From: an uncultured Verrucomicrobiae bacterium
GTDB lineage: Bacteria > Verrucomicrobiota > Verrucomicrobiia > Chthoniobacterales > UBA10450
Direction: 5' to 3'
DNA length: 64,000 nucleotides
NCBI GenBank assembly: GCA_963772365.1
Contig: CAVYXA010000001.1
Location: 640,001-704,000 of the forward strand
In this document: positions 21,273-32,042 of the stretch, one piece after another
How positions within the stretch are numbered: position 1 is the stretch's first letter
How the letters are laid out: each line of letters starts with the position of its first letter
Program-made: the position numbers and the translations under genes
Notes under the pieces: model-generated
What the model saw: the letters and a program-made list of their open reading frames with translations, nothing else
Databases searched by the model: none
Told to the model about the DNA's origin: nothing

Positions 21273-21913
21273 TCAGCCTTGCTTGCCTACATTTTGGGGT
21301 CGCGCAAGACGCATCGTCAATATGTAGAGTACGGCGAAAATGCCGACTACAATCAATATCCAGCTGGACTGACTCCTGACGAAATGAACCAGTGCGTCAG
21401 GATCGCTCAGCAACTGCGGTTCAAGACGATACGCTTTGTCGCCGAGGTAAGCCAGGATTCCGCAGGCCAAGGCCGATCCCGCTACGGTGACCAGGCTGAA
21501 AGTTCCGAAATTCATCCGAACAACGCCTGCTGGAATTGAGATCAAGTGACGAACGATTGGCAGAATGCGAGCGAAGAAAACGCCTCCAGCTTCGTAGCGA
21601 TTTAGCCAATGTTCTGCTTCCTGCAACTTCGCCGGCGTTAGAAACGCATATCGGCCAAAGCGCAAGATCAAAGGACGCCCGACCCAGCGTGAAACCCAAT
21701 ACATCACGCTTGCACCGAAATAAGATCCGAGGATACCGGCGATGAGAACACCGCTAAGGTCGAGCCTCCCCTGCGCGGCCAGAAATGCGGCGGCGGGATG
21801 ATTACCTCGGCTGGAACCGGAAGGGGCGAGCTCGCCATTGCCATCAATAGAAATATCCCAATGTATCCTCCGTTTTGAACCCATTCAGACCAAAACTGGA
21901 GTAAATGATGCAC
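21273..21913 (-). CDS. DedA family membrane protein, 1-nt frameshift at ~21790
   Basis: GYIGIFLLMAMASSPLPVPAEVIIPP in one frame continues as AAFLAAQG...FFARILPIVRHLISIPAG in another. Confidence 0.88.
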
Positions 21914-22011
21914 GTCGAGAGCCTGACCGATGAATTTTTCCGTTTGAGATTGCGTCTGCAAACGCGCGAGTAGTTCAATCGGAAAATTGAAATTCGCAAC
22001 GTAAATTTGCC

Positions 22012-23754
22012 ATGCCCATATACCGACGCGTTCTAGACTACTATCGCCCGTTTTGGCGGCAAACAGCTGTTGGTTTGCTTTTCTCCCTGCTTGGCATTGG
22101 ATTGAACTTGCTCAAGCCGTGGCCGTTCAAAATCATTGTCGATGATTTTCTCCGGCCTGGTTCCGCTGTGCGGAATGAGTGGCGGACGTGGATTCCGCTG
22201 CTTTGCCTTGGCCTTGTCGGGATTCAAGTTTTCTGGGGGATTCTCAATTGGATCACGAAGTACCTGCTGGTGAAGATTGGTCTTCAGGCTCTATTGAAGC
22301 TGCGCACCGACCTTTATTCTCATCTTCAGCGCCTATCCTTGAAGTTTCATGATATGCGCCGCTCGGCTGACTCGACTTTCCGCGTGGCTTACGATTCGCA
22401 ATCGATCCAAACCATCTACAACAAGGGATTCACGAATATTTTTACTTCAGTGCTTACTCTGATTGCGACGTTCGTCATCATGGTGCAGCTGGATTGGAAG
22501 CTCACATTACTTTCTCTGACGATTGTTCCGCTAATTGTGGCCGCGCTTTATTTCTTCGCGGCCCGCATACGTCGCGAATCGACATCTATTCAGGAACAGG
22601 AGAGCGCTGTCCTGACGCAGGCGCAGGAAGGATTGAGTTCCATCCGAATGGTTCATGCCTTCGGACGCGAAGATTTTGAAGTACTGCAATTTCAACAGGA
22701 GGCTCGTCAAAGTCTGCGGGCAAACCTCCGGCTCACTTTGACCAACGTAAACAGTGCTCTTGTGATTAGCACATTGATCGTGATTGGCACGGCAGCGATG
22801 TATTACGTCGGAAGTTTGCATGTACTTGCCGGCACACTCACCCTGGGATCGCTTCTCATTTTTAGTGCATACCTGTTGATGCTTTATCAACCGATTGAGT
22901 CGCTGACCTATACGACGTGGGCGATGGAAGGCGCGACGGCGGGCGCAACCCGTTGTTTCGAGATTCTGGACCGGCGCGATGACGTTTTGGATGATCCGAA
23001 CGCCGTCACCATTAGTGAAACAAAAGGATCGATTCGATTTGAGAACGTCTCGTTTGGTTACGAACAGGATCGACAGGTGCTGCGTGATGTCGATCTTCAA
23101 ATCGCAGCGAACCAGATCGTGGCACTCGTAGGCGGGACTGGCGCAGGAAAAAGCACTCTATTAAGTCTGGTTCCTCGCTTTTACGATCCCGCTTCAGGTC
23201 GGGTTGCGCTAGATGGTCGCGACTTGCGCAAGGTCACAAAAAAATCGTTGCGCGCACAGATTAGCCTCGTCCTTCAGGACACATTGCTCTTTTCCACGAC
23301 GGTTCGCGAGAACATTGCCTATGGCCGGCCCGACGCCAGCGAAGATGAGATTGTCGATGCTGCACGGAAGGCGCAGGCGCACGACTTCATCGAGCAGCTC
23401 CCTAACGGATACGGCAGCCTGGTCGGTGAGCGTGGTGGTCATCTCAGCGTCGGGCAACGCCAGCGAATCGGGATTGCCCGCGCCTTTTTGAAAAACGCTC
23501 CGATTCTGTTGCTCGACGAGCCGACCTCTGCGCTCGATCCAACAACGGAGTCCGCGATCATGGACACCATCAAGGAATTGATGCGTGGCCGCACCACCTT
23601 AATTGCAACTCATCGCCTGGCCACAATTCACGCTGTGGATCTAATCATCGTGCTTGAGCATGGTCACATTGTCGAGCAGGGGCGCGGCTCCAATTTGGTC
23701 CAGCGCGGCGGGGCTTACGCGAAGCTTTATGCATCGGGCCATTATCCCGGATGA
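22012..23754 (+). CDS. ABC transporter permease/ATP-binding protein (MsbA-like)
   Basis: TM domain plus GGTGAGKST, LSVGQRQRIGIARA and LLLDEPTSALD. Confidence 0.94.
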   Translation: MPIYRRVLDYYRPFWRQTAVGLLFSLLGIGLNLLKPWPFKIIVDDFLRPGSAVRNEWRTWIPLLCLGLVGIQVFWGILNWITKYLLVKIGLQALLKLRTDLYSHLQRLSLKFHDMRRSADSTFRVAYDSQSIQTIYNKGFTNIFTSVLTLIATFVIMVQLDWKLTLLSLTIVPLIVAALYFFAARIRRESTSIQEQESAVLTQAQEGLSSIRMVHAFGREDFEVLQFQQEARQSLRANLRLTLTNVNSALVISTLIVIGTAAMYYVGSLHVLAGTLTLGSLLIFSAYLLMLYQPIESLTYTTWAMEGATAGATRCFEILDRRDDVLDDPNAVTISETKGSIRFENVSFGYEQDRQVLRDVDLQIAANQIVALVGGTGAGKSTLLSLVPRFYDPASGRVALDGRDLRKVTKKSLRAQISLVLQDTLLFSTTVRENIAYGRPDASEDEIVDAARKAQAHDFIEQLPNGYGSLVGERGGHLSVGQRQRIGIARAFLKNAPILLLDEPTSALDPTTESAIMDTIKELMRGRTTLIATHRLATIHAVDLIIVLEHGHIVEQGRGSNLVQRGGAYAKLYASGHYPG

Positions 23755-24920
23755 AGAAGAAAATTGTCGTCATGGGATTTATGGGCTCAATGCCCATCGC
23801 TGGCGTCATCTGGCAGCACATTCATTACATTGTCGGACTAAAACGTCTCGGTCATGACGTCTATTACATCGAGGACTCCGCCCGCATGCCCTATGATCCC
23901 GAAATGCTTACCATCACTGAGGATTTCGGTTACGCGACGCGAATTCTCCACCAGCTCTCATGCGAGTTTGGTTTCGAAAACAAATGGGCATTCTGCGCCC
24001 GGTATTCAAAATCCAATCCAACAGTCGGGCTGCCACTTCGGAAAATTCGTCAGCTTTATTGCGAGGCAGACGCCATTCTCAATGTATGCGGGGCACAGGA
24101 ACTCAATGAAGATCTGCTGGCCAGCGATCGGATTATTTACGTCGAGAGCGATCCGGGCGTCGAGCAGATCAAGATCGACAACGGCGTGAGATCGACAGTC
24201 GATTATCTATCGCGGCATCATGCGCTTTTCACTTTCGGGGAAAACGTTCCCACAAGGATTTTCCCTGTTCCGAGACATGGATTTCGCTGGCTTCCCACAC
24301 GGCAACCAGTCGTGCTCGATTTTTGGGAAACAAAACAACGCCCTAGCCGCACAGCCGTTTTCACGTCGGTGGCGAATTGGTCCACGAGTGGCCAGAAGGA
24401 CATAATATGGCGCGGAAAAAAATACCTTTGGAGCAAGTCACGCGAGTTTCTTCGCTTCATCGAGTCCCCCAGAAAAGCCAGCGAGACGTTTGAGCTCGCC
24501 ACCGACATCAAAGACGCCAAGACTCGCCATCGTTTCGAGCGAAATCGCTGGAGATTGGTTTCGCCGGTTCGAATCAGCGCTAATCATCGGTTATACCGCG
24601 ATTATATCCGTCTTTCCAAGGGAGAATTCACGGTGGCAAAGGATCAATATGTCCGATTGCGGACGGGATGGTTTAGCGATCGCAGCTCATGCTATCTGGC
24701 GGCCGGACGCCCCGTCATTACTCAGGAAACGGAATTCACCCGGCACTATGGCGGCGATACCGGTCTGCTCGCGTTTCGAACGTTAGGCGAGATTGTCGAT
24801 GCGGTGGGAAAAATCAACCGTGATTACTCGAAACATTCGCGTGCCGCGCGAGAAATTGCGCACGAATTTTTCCAAGCACAAAAAATCCTCAGATCGCTGC
24901 TTGATCGCGCAGGAGTTTAG
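23751..24920 (+). CDS. Putative GT-B glycosyltransferase-like protein
   Basis: GLKRLGHDVYYIED and GWFSDRSSCYLAAGRPVITQET; ATGA overlap with the ABC gene. Confidence 0.7.
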   Translation: MKKKIVVMGFMGSMPIAGVIWQHIHYIVGLKRLGHDVYYIEDSARMPYDPEMLTITEDFGYATRILHQLSCEFGFENKWAFCARYSKSNPTVGLPLRKIRQLYCEADAILNVCGAQELNEDLLASDRIIYVESDPGVEQIKIDNGVRSTVDYLSRHHALFTFGENVPTRIFPVPRHGFRWLPTRQPVVLDFWETKQRPSRTAVFTSVANWSTSGQKDIIWRGKKYLWSKSREFLRFIESPRKASETFELATDIKDAKTRHRFERNRWRLVSPVRISANHRLYRDYIRLSKGEFTVAKDQYVRLRTGWFSDRSSCYLAAGRPVITQETEFTRHYGGDTGLLAFRTLGEIVDAVGKINRDYSKHSRAAREIAHEFFQAQKILRSLLDRAGV

Positions 24921-24983
24921 CGCCTGTATGGCGCCAGATTTGCTTTTCCGGCGCATCGTTTCATCTTCTCGGACTTTGCGGCA

Positions 24984-26600
24984 ATGAAGGGGCTCATCAC
25001 TTTTGTCTGTGCTGGCCTGCTCGTTGGATCGACATCCTACGCGCAACAAAACACTTTTACGCCCACTCCAAGGCCCTCACTTAGTCAGCCGCATCCGCCC
25101 GGTATTTCGCCCAACCCCATCGCGCCGCCACCGGTGATTCCCGTCCCGATCGTTCCGCCGCAGCCGAATGGTCCTGTGCAAAAAAGTCTGGTCCGCATCA
25201 CGACAACATCGGTGGAACCGGATTATCGCGCGCCGTGGAATGCAGGGGCAATTCAACGCGCTGTCGGGGCAGGCTTTGTCATCGATGGGCGCCGCATCAT
25301 GACCAATGCCCACGTGGTAAGTAACAGTCGCTATCTCACGGTCGAGCGCGAGGGGGATCCGAACAAATATCCGGCCCATGTCCAATTCATCGCTCACGAT
25401 TGTGATCTGGCGTTGATCACCGTTTCGGATCCAGACTTTTTCAAGAACATGATTCCGCTAAAGTTCGGCGGTATTCCGGATTTGGAATCGACGGTGTCGG
25501 CCTATGGTTATCCGATCGGCGGCGAACGAATGTCGGTGACCACCGGGATCGTTTCTCGAATTGATTTCCAACTCTACACTCACTCCGCAATCGACCAGCA
25601 TCTGGCAATCCAAATCAGCGCCCAGATCAATCCCGGCAACAGCGGCGGTCCGGTAATGCAAAACGAAAAGGTCGTGGGTGTGGCCTTCCAAGGCTACAGC
25701 GGCGATGTAGCCCAGGGAGTCGCTTACATGATTCCGACACCGGTCATCAATCGATTCTTGAAAGACATCAGCGATGGCCACTACGATAAGTATGTCGACC
25801 TTGGATTGACCTATTCCAAGCTGCAAAATCCTGCGCAGCGCAATTTTCTCGGTTTGAAAGATGACGATCGCGGCGTGTTGGTGGACACGGTCATAGAGGC
25901 CGGTCCGGCGGCTGGCAAAATCCGCTCGGGCGACGTTCTCCTCTCGATTGATGATCACCCGATTGCCAGCGATGGCAATGTCGAACTGGAAGGCACGCGC
26001 GTGGAAATGCCGGAAGTCGTCGAGCGAAAATTCAAGGGCGACTCTGTGAAATTCGATCTTCTTCGCGATAAAAAATCGGTGACCGCGAGCGTCTTACTCG
26101 GCACCGTCTGGCCCTATTTTGTTCAGGGCCACAGCTATGACATCCACCCACGCTACGTTCTGTATGGTGGGCTCCTTTTTCAGCCCCTCAATCTCGATTT
26201 GCTCGAGGCCTATGCAATGCAATTAAACGATCTCCGGATCCGGCATTTCTTCAATTATTACGTGCTGGACCAAATCTATCTTCAGCATCCCGATGTGATT
26301 ATTCTGACCAACATCCTGCCCGATCCCACGAACACATATCTAATGCCGTATCGCGGCGGGATTGTCGATGAAATCAACGGAAACAAAATCCGCACATTAG
26401 ACGAGTTAGCGAAGGCATTTTCCGAGGCACCGGATCACCTTGTCATGCGGATGGTGGGCGACGGACCACCCTTGGTGCTGGATCGCAAGAAAGTGGAAGA
26501 AGCGCGCCAGCGAATCAAGACTCGGTACAACGTGTTCAAGGAAGAGAACCTGGAAGAACAACCTGAAGCGAAAACGCCCAAGGACAGAAAGCAAATCTAG
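24984..26600 (+). CDS. S1C/HtrA-like serine protease with PDZ domains
   Basis: Catalytic triad motifs TNAHVV, CDLALI and INPGNSGGP; YVLYGGLLFQPL. Confidence 0.92.
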   Translation: MKGLITFVCAGLLVGSTSYAQQNTFTPTPRPSLSQPHPPGISPNPIAPPPVIPVPIVPPQPNGPVQKSLVRITTTSVEPDYRAPWNAGAIQRAVGAGFVIDGRRIMTNAHVVSNSRYLTVEREGDPNKYPAHVQFIAHDCDLALITVSDPDFFKNMIPLKFGGIPDLESTVSAYGYPIGGERMSVTTGIVSRIDFQLYTHSAIDQHLAIQISAQINPGNSGGPVMQNEKVVGVAFQGYSGDVAQGVAYMIPTPVINRFLKDISDGHYDKYVDLGLTYSKLQNPAQRNFLGLKDDDRGVLVDTVIEAGPAAGKIRSGDVLLSIDDHPIASDGNVELEGTRVEMPEVVERKFKGDSVKFDLLRDKKSVTASVLLGTVWPYFVQGHSYDIHPRYVLYGGLLFQPLNLDLLEAYAMQLNDLRIRHFFNYYVLDQIYLQHPDVIILTNILPDPTNTYLMPYRGGIVDEINGNKIRTLDELAKAFSEAPDHLVMRMVGDGPPLVLDRKKVEEARQRIKTRYNVFKEENLEEQPEAKTPKDRKQI

Positions 26601-28112
26601 ATGCAAAAACGTTGGTTCTCCAGTCTGGTCGCGCTCGTTGTGATGATCGTGGTCGTTATGCCGGCCTCCGCAAAAAAGGAATCTGCTGCGCCAAATGCGA
26701 TGAGCCAGGAGAAGCAGCTTGCGCTTGTGCGCGTGAACGTGACCGGCCAGTCGTATGATTATTTTCGGCCATGGCAAAAGAAAGCGCCTTTCTCAAAAAG
26801 GGCATTAGGCGCGGTCCTCTCGAATGGACGCGTGCTCGTGACAGCCGATTTGGTGGCCAACCAAAATTATGTCGAGCTGGAACGCGCCGAGTCGGGTGAA
26901 AAGAACGCGGCCAATGTCGCGGTGATCGATTACGAAGCAAACCTCGCTCTTCTCGAACCCACGGACAAAAACTTCCTGAAAGGCATCACACCCTTGGAAA
27001 TCACCAATGACACGGTAGTGGGCGATCGGCTTGCTGCCTGGCAATTGGAACCGACCGGAGCGCTGATCGCAACGGAGGGACTCGTTACAACAATCCAGGT
27101 GATGCGATATCCCGGTGATGTCGGCCAATTCCTTACGTATCGGCTGAGCTTGTCGATGCAGTATCGCGAAAACAGTTACACGGTCCCGCTGGTCAAGAAG
27201 AATAAGCTGGCCGGCCTGCTCCTTCGTTACGACCCCCGCTCGCAACTCCTCGATGCAATCCCGGCGCCGATCATCACTCACTTTCTCAAGGAAGCTGAAA
27301 GCGGAAAGTATCGGGGGTTCCCGTCCGCCGGATTTTCCTTTTTCCCTACGCGAGACCCGGAGTTGCGGCAATTCGCGGGAGAAACGGGCAAGCCCGCCGG
27401 CGTGTACATCACCAGGGTCGAACCGAACTCGCCGGCCATGAAAGCTGGATTGCAAGTGGGTGATATCGTGACCGCGATTTCAAAAAGCCAGGTCGACGAG
27501 AATGGCAACTATGTCGATCCTCGTTACGGTAAAATCGATTTCACCAATCTCCTGACCGCGCAGGCGTTCTCCGGCGACACCGTGCCGTTCCAAATCCAGC
27601 GAAGTGGGAAACAGATGCAATTGAGCGTGACTCTCGAACACCGAGACGCGAGTGATTATGTTATTCCGCCGTATAGTTTTGACGAACCGCCGCGTTATTA
27701 CGTTCTGGGTGGTTTGATTTTTCAGGAGCTTTCGCGTCAGTATTTACGGGAATGGGGTTCGAATTGGCTTAGGGAAGCGCCTCAAAAATTTGTTTACCTC
27801 GACGAGTTTCAATCGGAACTCTTTCCGCAGGACCATCGCAAAGTCGTCATCCTCAGCCAGGTTCTGCCGGTGAACGCCACGATTGGTTATGAAGATCTCG
27901 CTTATCTCGTGGTAACAAAGGTCAATGGCAGGGAGATTCTTTCCCTGGAAGATTTGGTCGAAGCTGTCAAGCAACCGATCGAGGGCGGCTTTATCGAAAT
28001 CGAGACCGAAGAAGACCCAAAACAAATCGAGCTCAATGCTGCTCAAGCAGCAGCAGAAGCTCCTGTTTTAGAGGAAAGTTACGGGATTTCTGCGTTACAG
28101 CGCCTGCACTAA
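26601..28112 (+). CDS. HtrA-like PDZ protein with a degenerate protease domain
   Basis: Same architecture as the upstream gene, but VTADLV, ANLALL and ENSYTVP replace the triad motifs; YYVLGGLIFQEL. Confidence 0.85.
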   Translation: MQKRWFSSLVALVVMIVVVMPASAKKESAAPNAMSQEKQLALVRVNVTGQSYDYFRPWQKKAPFSKRALGAVLSNGRVLVTADLVANQNYVELERAESGEKNAANVAVIDYEANLALLEPTDKNFLKGITPLEITNDTVVGDRLAAWQLEPTGALIATEGLVTTIQVMRYPGDVGQFLTYRLSLSMQYRENSYTVPLVKKNKLAGLLLRYDPRSQLLDAIPAPIITHFLKEAESGKYRGFPSAGFSFFPTRDPELRQFAGETGKPAGVYITRVEPNSPAMKAGLQVGDIVTAISKSQVDENGNYVDPRYGKIDFTNLLTAQAFSGDTVPFQIQRSGKQMQLSVTLEHRDASDYVIPPYSFDEPPRYYVLGGLIFQELSRQYLREWGSNWLREAPQKFVYLDEFQSELFPQDHRKVVILSQVLPVNATIGYEDLAYLVVTKVNGREILSLEDLVEAVKQPIEGGFIEIETEEDPKQIELNAAQAAAEAPVLEESYGISALQRLH

Positions 28113-28133
28113 CGCTGCGCAGGAAATCATCGC

Positions 28134-28319
28134 CTATAACCTGGCGATCGTTTCGCGAATCTCGTCCTTGGTCTGGCCTAACTTATTTTGCAAGCGACCA
28201 AGCAATTCGTCTTCCTTGCCCTCGCTGAAGGCCAGATCATCATCGCTCAACTGACCATATTTCTGTTTCAGTTTTCCCTTTACCTCGTTCCAACTGCCTT
28301 TGAATTGTAGTGTGTTCAT
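28134..28319 (-). CDS. CsbD family stress protein
   Basis: [23 protein letters not shown]...[18 protein letters not shown]. Confidence 0.92.
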   Translation of the reverse strand: MNTLQFKGSWNEVKGKLKQKYGQLSDDDLAFSEGKEDELLGRLQNKLGQTKDEIRETIARL

Positions 28320-28455
28320 TTTTACCTCCATTTATTTTCGTCTTTCGAGCCCACATCGCGTGTAGAATCTCGTCCGACTCGTTTTCTTAGCGGGAAAGCG
28401 GATGGGCTGTTGATTAGGCTGGACGAAAAATGGCGCCGAGGGCACACTCGATTTT

Positions 28456-28815
28456 GTGAAATTTCGCGACCTGATACTCTGCGGGCTGATCTTGAGCGCG
28501 ATTTTGCCAACTCTGGTTTGCGCCGAAACTCAAAGCGCTGATGTCTCGCCTTACGGTCCCTACCCCGCCAATTACAAGGAGATCGTCATGAAATGGCTGG
28601 ACGCTCAATTGATCGATCCTTCTAGCGCGCGAATCGAATGGGTGGACCAACCAAAACCCGCGGATCTTGGGAACAACGACAAACATCTCTACGGCTACAT
28701 CATTCATTTTAAGGTCAATGCTCGCAATCGGTTCGGCGCCTATACCGGCAAGCAAAGCCACGCCGCTCTCATCTTTAACGGCCAGGTAATCAAGGGCCTC
28801 GGCTTCGGTTATTAA
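28456..28815 (+). CDS. Secreted hypothetical protein
   Basis: Signal peptide; LIDPSSA and VNARNRFGAYTG. Confidence 0.75.
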   Translation: MKFRDLILCGLILSAILPTLVCAETQSADVSPYGPYPANYKEIVMKWLDAQLIDPSSARIEWVDQPKPADLGNNDKHLYGYIIHFKVNARNRFGAYTGKQSHAALIFNGQVIKGLGFGY

Positions 28816-28821
28816 AAACTT

Positions 28822-29325
28822 ATGAAAAACTCAAAATCGAACTGTTCGTCGCGACAAATTCGCCCGTCGGCGAATCGATCCGGGGAATCTGGCCAGGGCT
28901 TGGTCGTACTCATCATTATCCTCGCTATCATCGGCGTCGGATTTTGGTTTTTGTTCAGCAATAAAAAAACCATGGAACGAGAGGCGAACGAATTCGGCAA
29001 AGAAATGATCACAGCCCTGACCGTGAAACACGATCTGAGATTTTTTGTCGATCATCTTAGTCCGCAGATGCGTCTCGACTATCCTCCGTCTCAACAGGAA
29101 TACATCATTTCCCAGTTTCAACAGCTAGGTGCGCCGCAACAGCCGATTAAGATCGATTCAACGGTCACATTCGAATCCCAGTTTTTTTCACCGACGGGCC
29201 ATTTTACAGCTCATCTGTTCTATCCCACTCAAGCCGCCACGCTCGACATCGATGTTTCACATCCAGTCGGGAAATGGCAGTTGGACAATATGACCTTTTC
29301 GTCCGGGCAGGGCGCCGTCCAGTAA
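28822..29325 (+). CDS. Membrane-anchored hypothetical protein
   Basis: N-terminal G-QG-hydrophobic segment resembling a prepilin-type anchor. Confidence 0.7.
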   Translation: MKNSKSNCSSRQIRPSANRSGESGQGLVVLIIILAIIGVGFWFLFSNKKTMEREANEFGKEMITALTVKHDLRFFVDHLSPQMRLDYPPSQQEYIISQFQQLGAPQQPIKIDSTVTFESQFFSPTGHFTAHLFYPTQAATLDIDVSHPVGKWQLDNMTFSSGQGAVQ

Positions 29326-29341
29326 TCGCGGTGAAGCGCGA

Positions 29342-29956
29342 CTAAACTAAAAGCCGGTCTAGCGAATCGAGGCAAATCTGCGACCACGCTTCGAGCGAAT
29401 CGCGGCGCATTAGCAATTCCTCTTTGGATAAAAAGCTCAGGCCAGTCATCATCGCTTCGCGTTTTTCGACGTTCGGCTCAACCAGCTTGAAAACATGCAC
29501 AATCCCGAGATGGACCCGGCCGACTTCCGTGCTGTCGTCGTTTAACAGAGCCACGATTCGATCTTCATACAGACTGTCGATCTTAATTTCTTCGTTTACC
29601 TCCCGCTCGACGCCCGCGAGATACGCATCCTCGTCCCAGGCGAACAGCGATTCATCGCGATCGTTCATGTGACCACCGATTCCAATCGAGCCTTTCGCCA
29701 CCAAACGTTGTTCCCCTGCCTTTTTCCCGCGAACGTAATGGAGCACTTTGTCTTCGGACGCGATCAAAGCATAGGGAATGATCTGCTTATGCGTCGGATC
29801 AAGTTCGGCCCGACTGCGGGGCATGAAAAAATTGTTCCCGCGCGAGAGAATCTTGTTCAAATATTTCTCAGGCGCGAAATTTAGCCCGTGAAAACTGCCG
29901 AGCTGATCGAATAAAGTTCGCTTGATCACGAGGATATTTTCTTCAGGAACATTCAT
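29342..29956 (-). CDS. NUDIX-like phosphoesterase
   Basis: ELDPTHKQIIPY, SIGIGGHMN, EREVNEE and VGRVHLG motifs. Confidence 0.82.
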   Translation of the reverse strand: MNVPEENILVIKRTLFDQLGSFHGLNFAPEKYLNKILSRGNNFFMPRSRAELDPTHKQIIPYALIASEDKVLHYVRGKKAGEQRLVAKGSIGIGGHMNDRDESLFAWDEDAYLAGVEREVNEEIKIDSLYEDRIVALLNDDSTEVGRVHLGIVHVFKLVEPNVEKREAMMTGLSFLSKEELLMRRDSLEAWSQICLDSLDRLLV

Positions 29957-30011
29957 TCAAGGACTGTAGGGCAAGCTGACAGCCTCCTGGATTTATTAAA
30001 GAGAGAGGTCA

Positions 30012-30617
30012 TCAGAATGAATAACTCAATGCCACCTGGGGCCCGAGCAGATTCAAACTTGGGTTGGGATCGGTTTGTCCGCCATTAGAAAGATGTTCGT
30101 AGAGAATTCCGGCGCTTATTTTCCATTGCTCGGTCACTTTGTAGGAAAGACCGGCTGCCGCCAGAATGTTGAACGTAAAATCCTGGCCTTGTCCCCCGGG
30201 AATATTGGCGTGGCTATCGATCCAGCCTAAACCGACTCCGCCGGAAAAATAGGGCGTGAGCCGCGACCCGGGCGGAACGAAATTATAGCGAAAGCCGAAA
30301 TTCAATCCGAAATAACGATTCTCGATTCCTTCCACAATCGGCTCCGCAACCGCGCTGAGATAAAATTGATGGTAACCGCGCAACCAATCATCTCGATCCA
30401 TCACTCCCCAGCGGACGCGCCCGGTGATGAATTCGGCGGCGATTTGATAATCTTGCGGGGGATTGATCACGCCAAATAAATAGCCGGACTCGATCGCAAG
30501 CTCGTAACTTGCCGGATTGAATTCGCTCGACGCAGTTGCTCCCGGAACCGGACCTGCGAAACCTTGCGAGCAAATTCCCAGAATCAACAGGGCAGAAACA
30601 AGAGGGACCGTTCTCAT
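30012..30617 (-). CDS. Acyloxyacyl hydrolase / PagL-like outer-membrane beta-barrel
   Basis: Signal peptide, GQDFTFN, YEHLSNGG..PNPSLN and a terminal Phe. Confidence 0.78.
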   Translation of the reverse strand: MRTVPLVSALLILGICSQGFAGPVPGATASSEFNPASYELAIESGYLFGVINPPQDYQIAAEFITGRVRWGVMDRDDWLRGYHQFYLSAVAEPIVEGIENRYFGLNFGFRYNFVPPGSRLTPYFSGGVGLGWIDSHANIPGGQGQDFTFNILAAAGLSYKVTEQWKISAGILYEHLSNGGQTDPNPSLNLLGPQVALSYSF

Positions 30618-30628
30618 CTCGCTAATGT

Positions 30629-30652
30629 GTAGCGGCGGTCTGCGACCGTCGC
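30629..30652 (+). repeat. GTAG-type REP element
   Basis: GTAG followed by the CGGCGGTC-TGC-GACCGTCG hairpin. Confidence 0.6.
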
Positions 30653-30674
30653 AAACTTTGTCGCCCACCGTTCA

Positions 30675-31481
30675 TCAACCTCCGGCACAAAATTCGCCAA
30701 GATCGACAGGCAACGCGCTGGTCCATTCGCATTCGTTCTCGATAGCGAGCTTTGCAGAATGCAACGCGTGGCGCGGGAGCAATAATTCTTTCTGGAGTTT
30801 CGGAGTCCAATCCGTCTTGATGAATTCGAGATAGAGTTGTTCGTTCGGGCCGTATATCTTGTCGCCAACGATCGGATGCCCGAGCGAACTAAGATGGACA
30901 CGAATCTGATGTGTCCGTCCGGTACGCGGAACTGCTCGAATCAAGCTAAACTTGCCGCCATCGCTCGATCGGGAAAAACGCCGCTCAACATGGAACTCCG
31001 TCTGCGCCGGAGCGCCGGCTGGATGGATCACTTGTTTAAGCCAAATCGCTGATGGCTGATGTTTTCCTTGTCGATCCAGGGGAGCATCGACAATCGTCTG
31101 TTCCCACTCGGGCCAACCCCAGACAATCGCGAGATACTCCTTTTTCAATCGACGTTCCTGCATCAGCAGCCCAAATCGGCGCGCTGTCACTGCGTTCTTT
31201 GCAACCAGAATCACACCGCTCGTTTCGCGGTCGAGCCGATTGATGATGGAAACCTGACCGCCGCCGGCGATTTCGAAGGCCAGCAGTTCGCGCAATTCTT
31301 TCCACAAGGTTCGTGCGGTGGTGGGCTTTGTTGGATGGACGAGAAGAAATGGCGGTTTATCGACCACGACGTAATCGTCAGTCTCGTCGATGACTTGGAA
31401 ATGGGGTGTTGCAGCAATGGAGTAATGGAATCTTGGACGCTTCAAAAATCCAATCCGCTTCCCCGCTTGACCTCGCTTCAA
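30675..31481 (-). CDS. RluA-family pseudouridine synthase (start uncertain)
   Basis: VVDKPP, NRLDRETSG, TGRTHQIRVHL..LGHPIVGDKIYG and LHS motifs. Confidence 0.92.
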   Translation of the reverse strand: MKRGQAGKRIGFLKRPRFHYSIAATPHFQVIDETDDYVVVDKPPFLLVHPTKPTTARTLWKELRELLAFEIAGGGQVSIINRLDRETSGVILVAKNAVTARRFGLLMQERRLKKEYLAIVWGWPEWEQTIVDAPLDRQGKHQPSAIWLKQVIHPAGAPAQTEFHVERRFSRSSDGGKFSLIRAVPRTGRTHQIRVHLSSLGHPIVGDKIYGPNEQLYLEFIKTDWTPKLQKELLLPRHALHSAKLAIENECEWTSALPVDLGEFCAGG

Positions 31482-31529
31482 AAACCGATTTACCTAGACC
31501 CGCCCGATGTTTGAGAGCCGGGGACTATT

Positions 31530-31988
31530 GTGGAACTGAAGGACATAAAAGCCATCATCGATCTGATGAAGGAAAACGATCTTTCCATCTTCGAGATGGA
31601 AAAGGATGGCTTTCGGCTCAAACTCGAGAAGGCCGCATCTGGTCAGGCGGTTGTCTCCACTGCGTCGTCGCCTTCTCACAAAGGAGCGGTCCCGACCATG
31701 CAAACGGCGGCCGCACAGGAAGCGCAGGTTGAGGAACGAGCTGAAAAGAGCTCACTAAAGGAAATCGTTTCGCCGATGGTCGGCACATTTTATCGCGCGG
31801 GCGCGCCCGACGCGGCGCCATTTGTCGATGTCGGAGCGAGCGTGACCGAAGACACCGTGGTTTGCATTATTGAAGCAATGAAGGTGATGAACGAAATTAA
31901 AGCGGAAACCAGCGGCACCATCGCCGAAATTGTAGCCGAGAATGGAAAACCGGTGCAATTCGGGCAGGCTCTGTTCCGGGTGCGCTAA
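31530..31988 (+). CDS. accB: Acetyl-CoA carboxylase biotin carboxyl carrier protein
   Basis: SPMVGTFY and IIEAMKVMNEI motifs. Confidence 0.96.
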   Translation: MELKDIKAIIDLMKENDLSIFEMEKDGFRLKLEKAASGQAVVSTASSPSHKGAVPTMQTAAAQEAQVEERAEKSSLKEIVSPMVGTFYRAGAPDAAPFVDVGASVTEDTVVCIIEAMKVMNEIKAETSGTIAEIVAENGKPVQFGQALFRVR

Positions 31989-32042
31989 CCGAAATTGGTA
32001 AGGCGCGAGTTGCCGACGGCGACCGCGCCGGACCGCGCGTGC

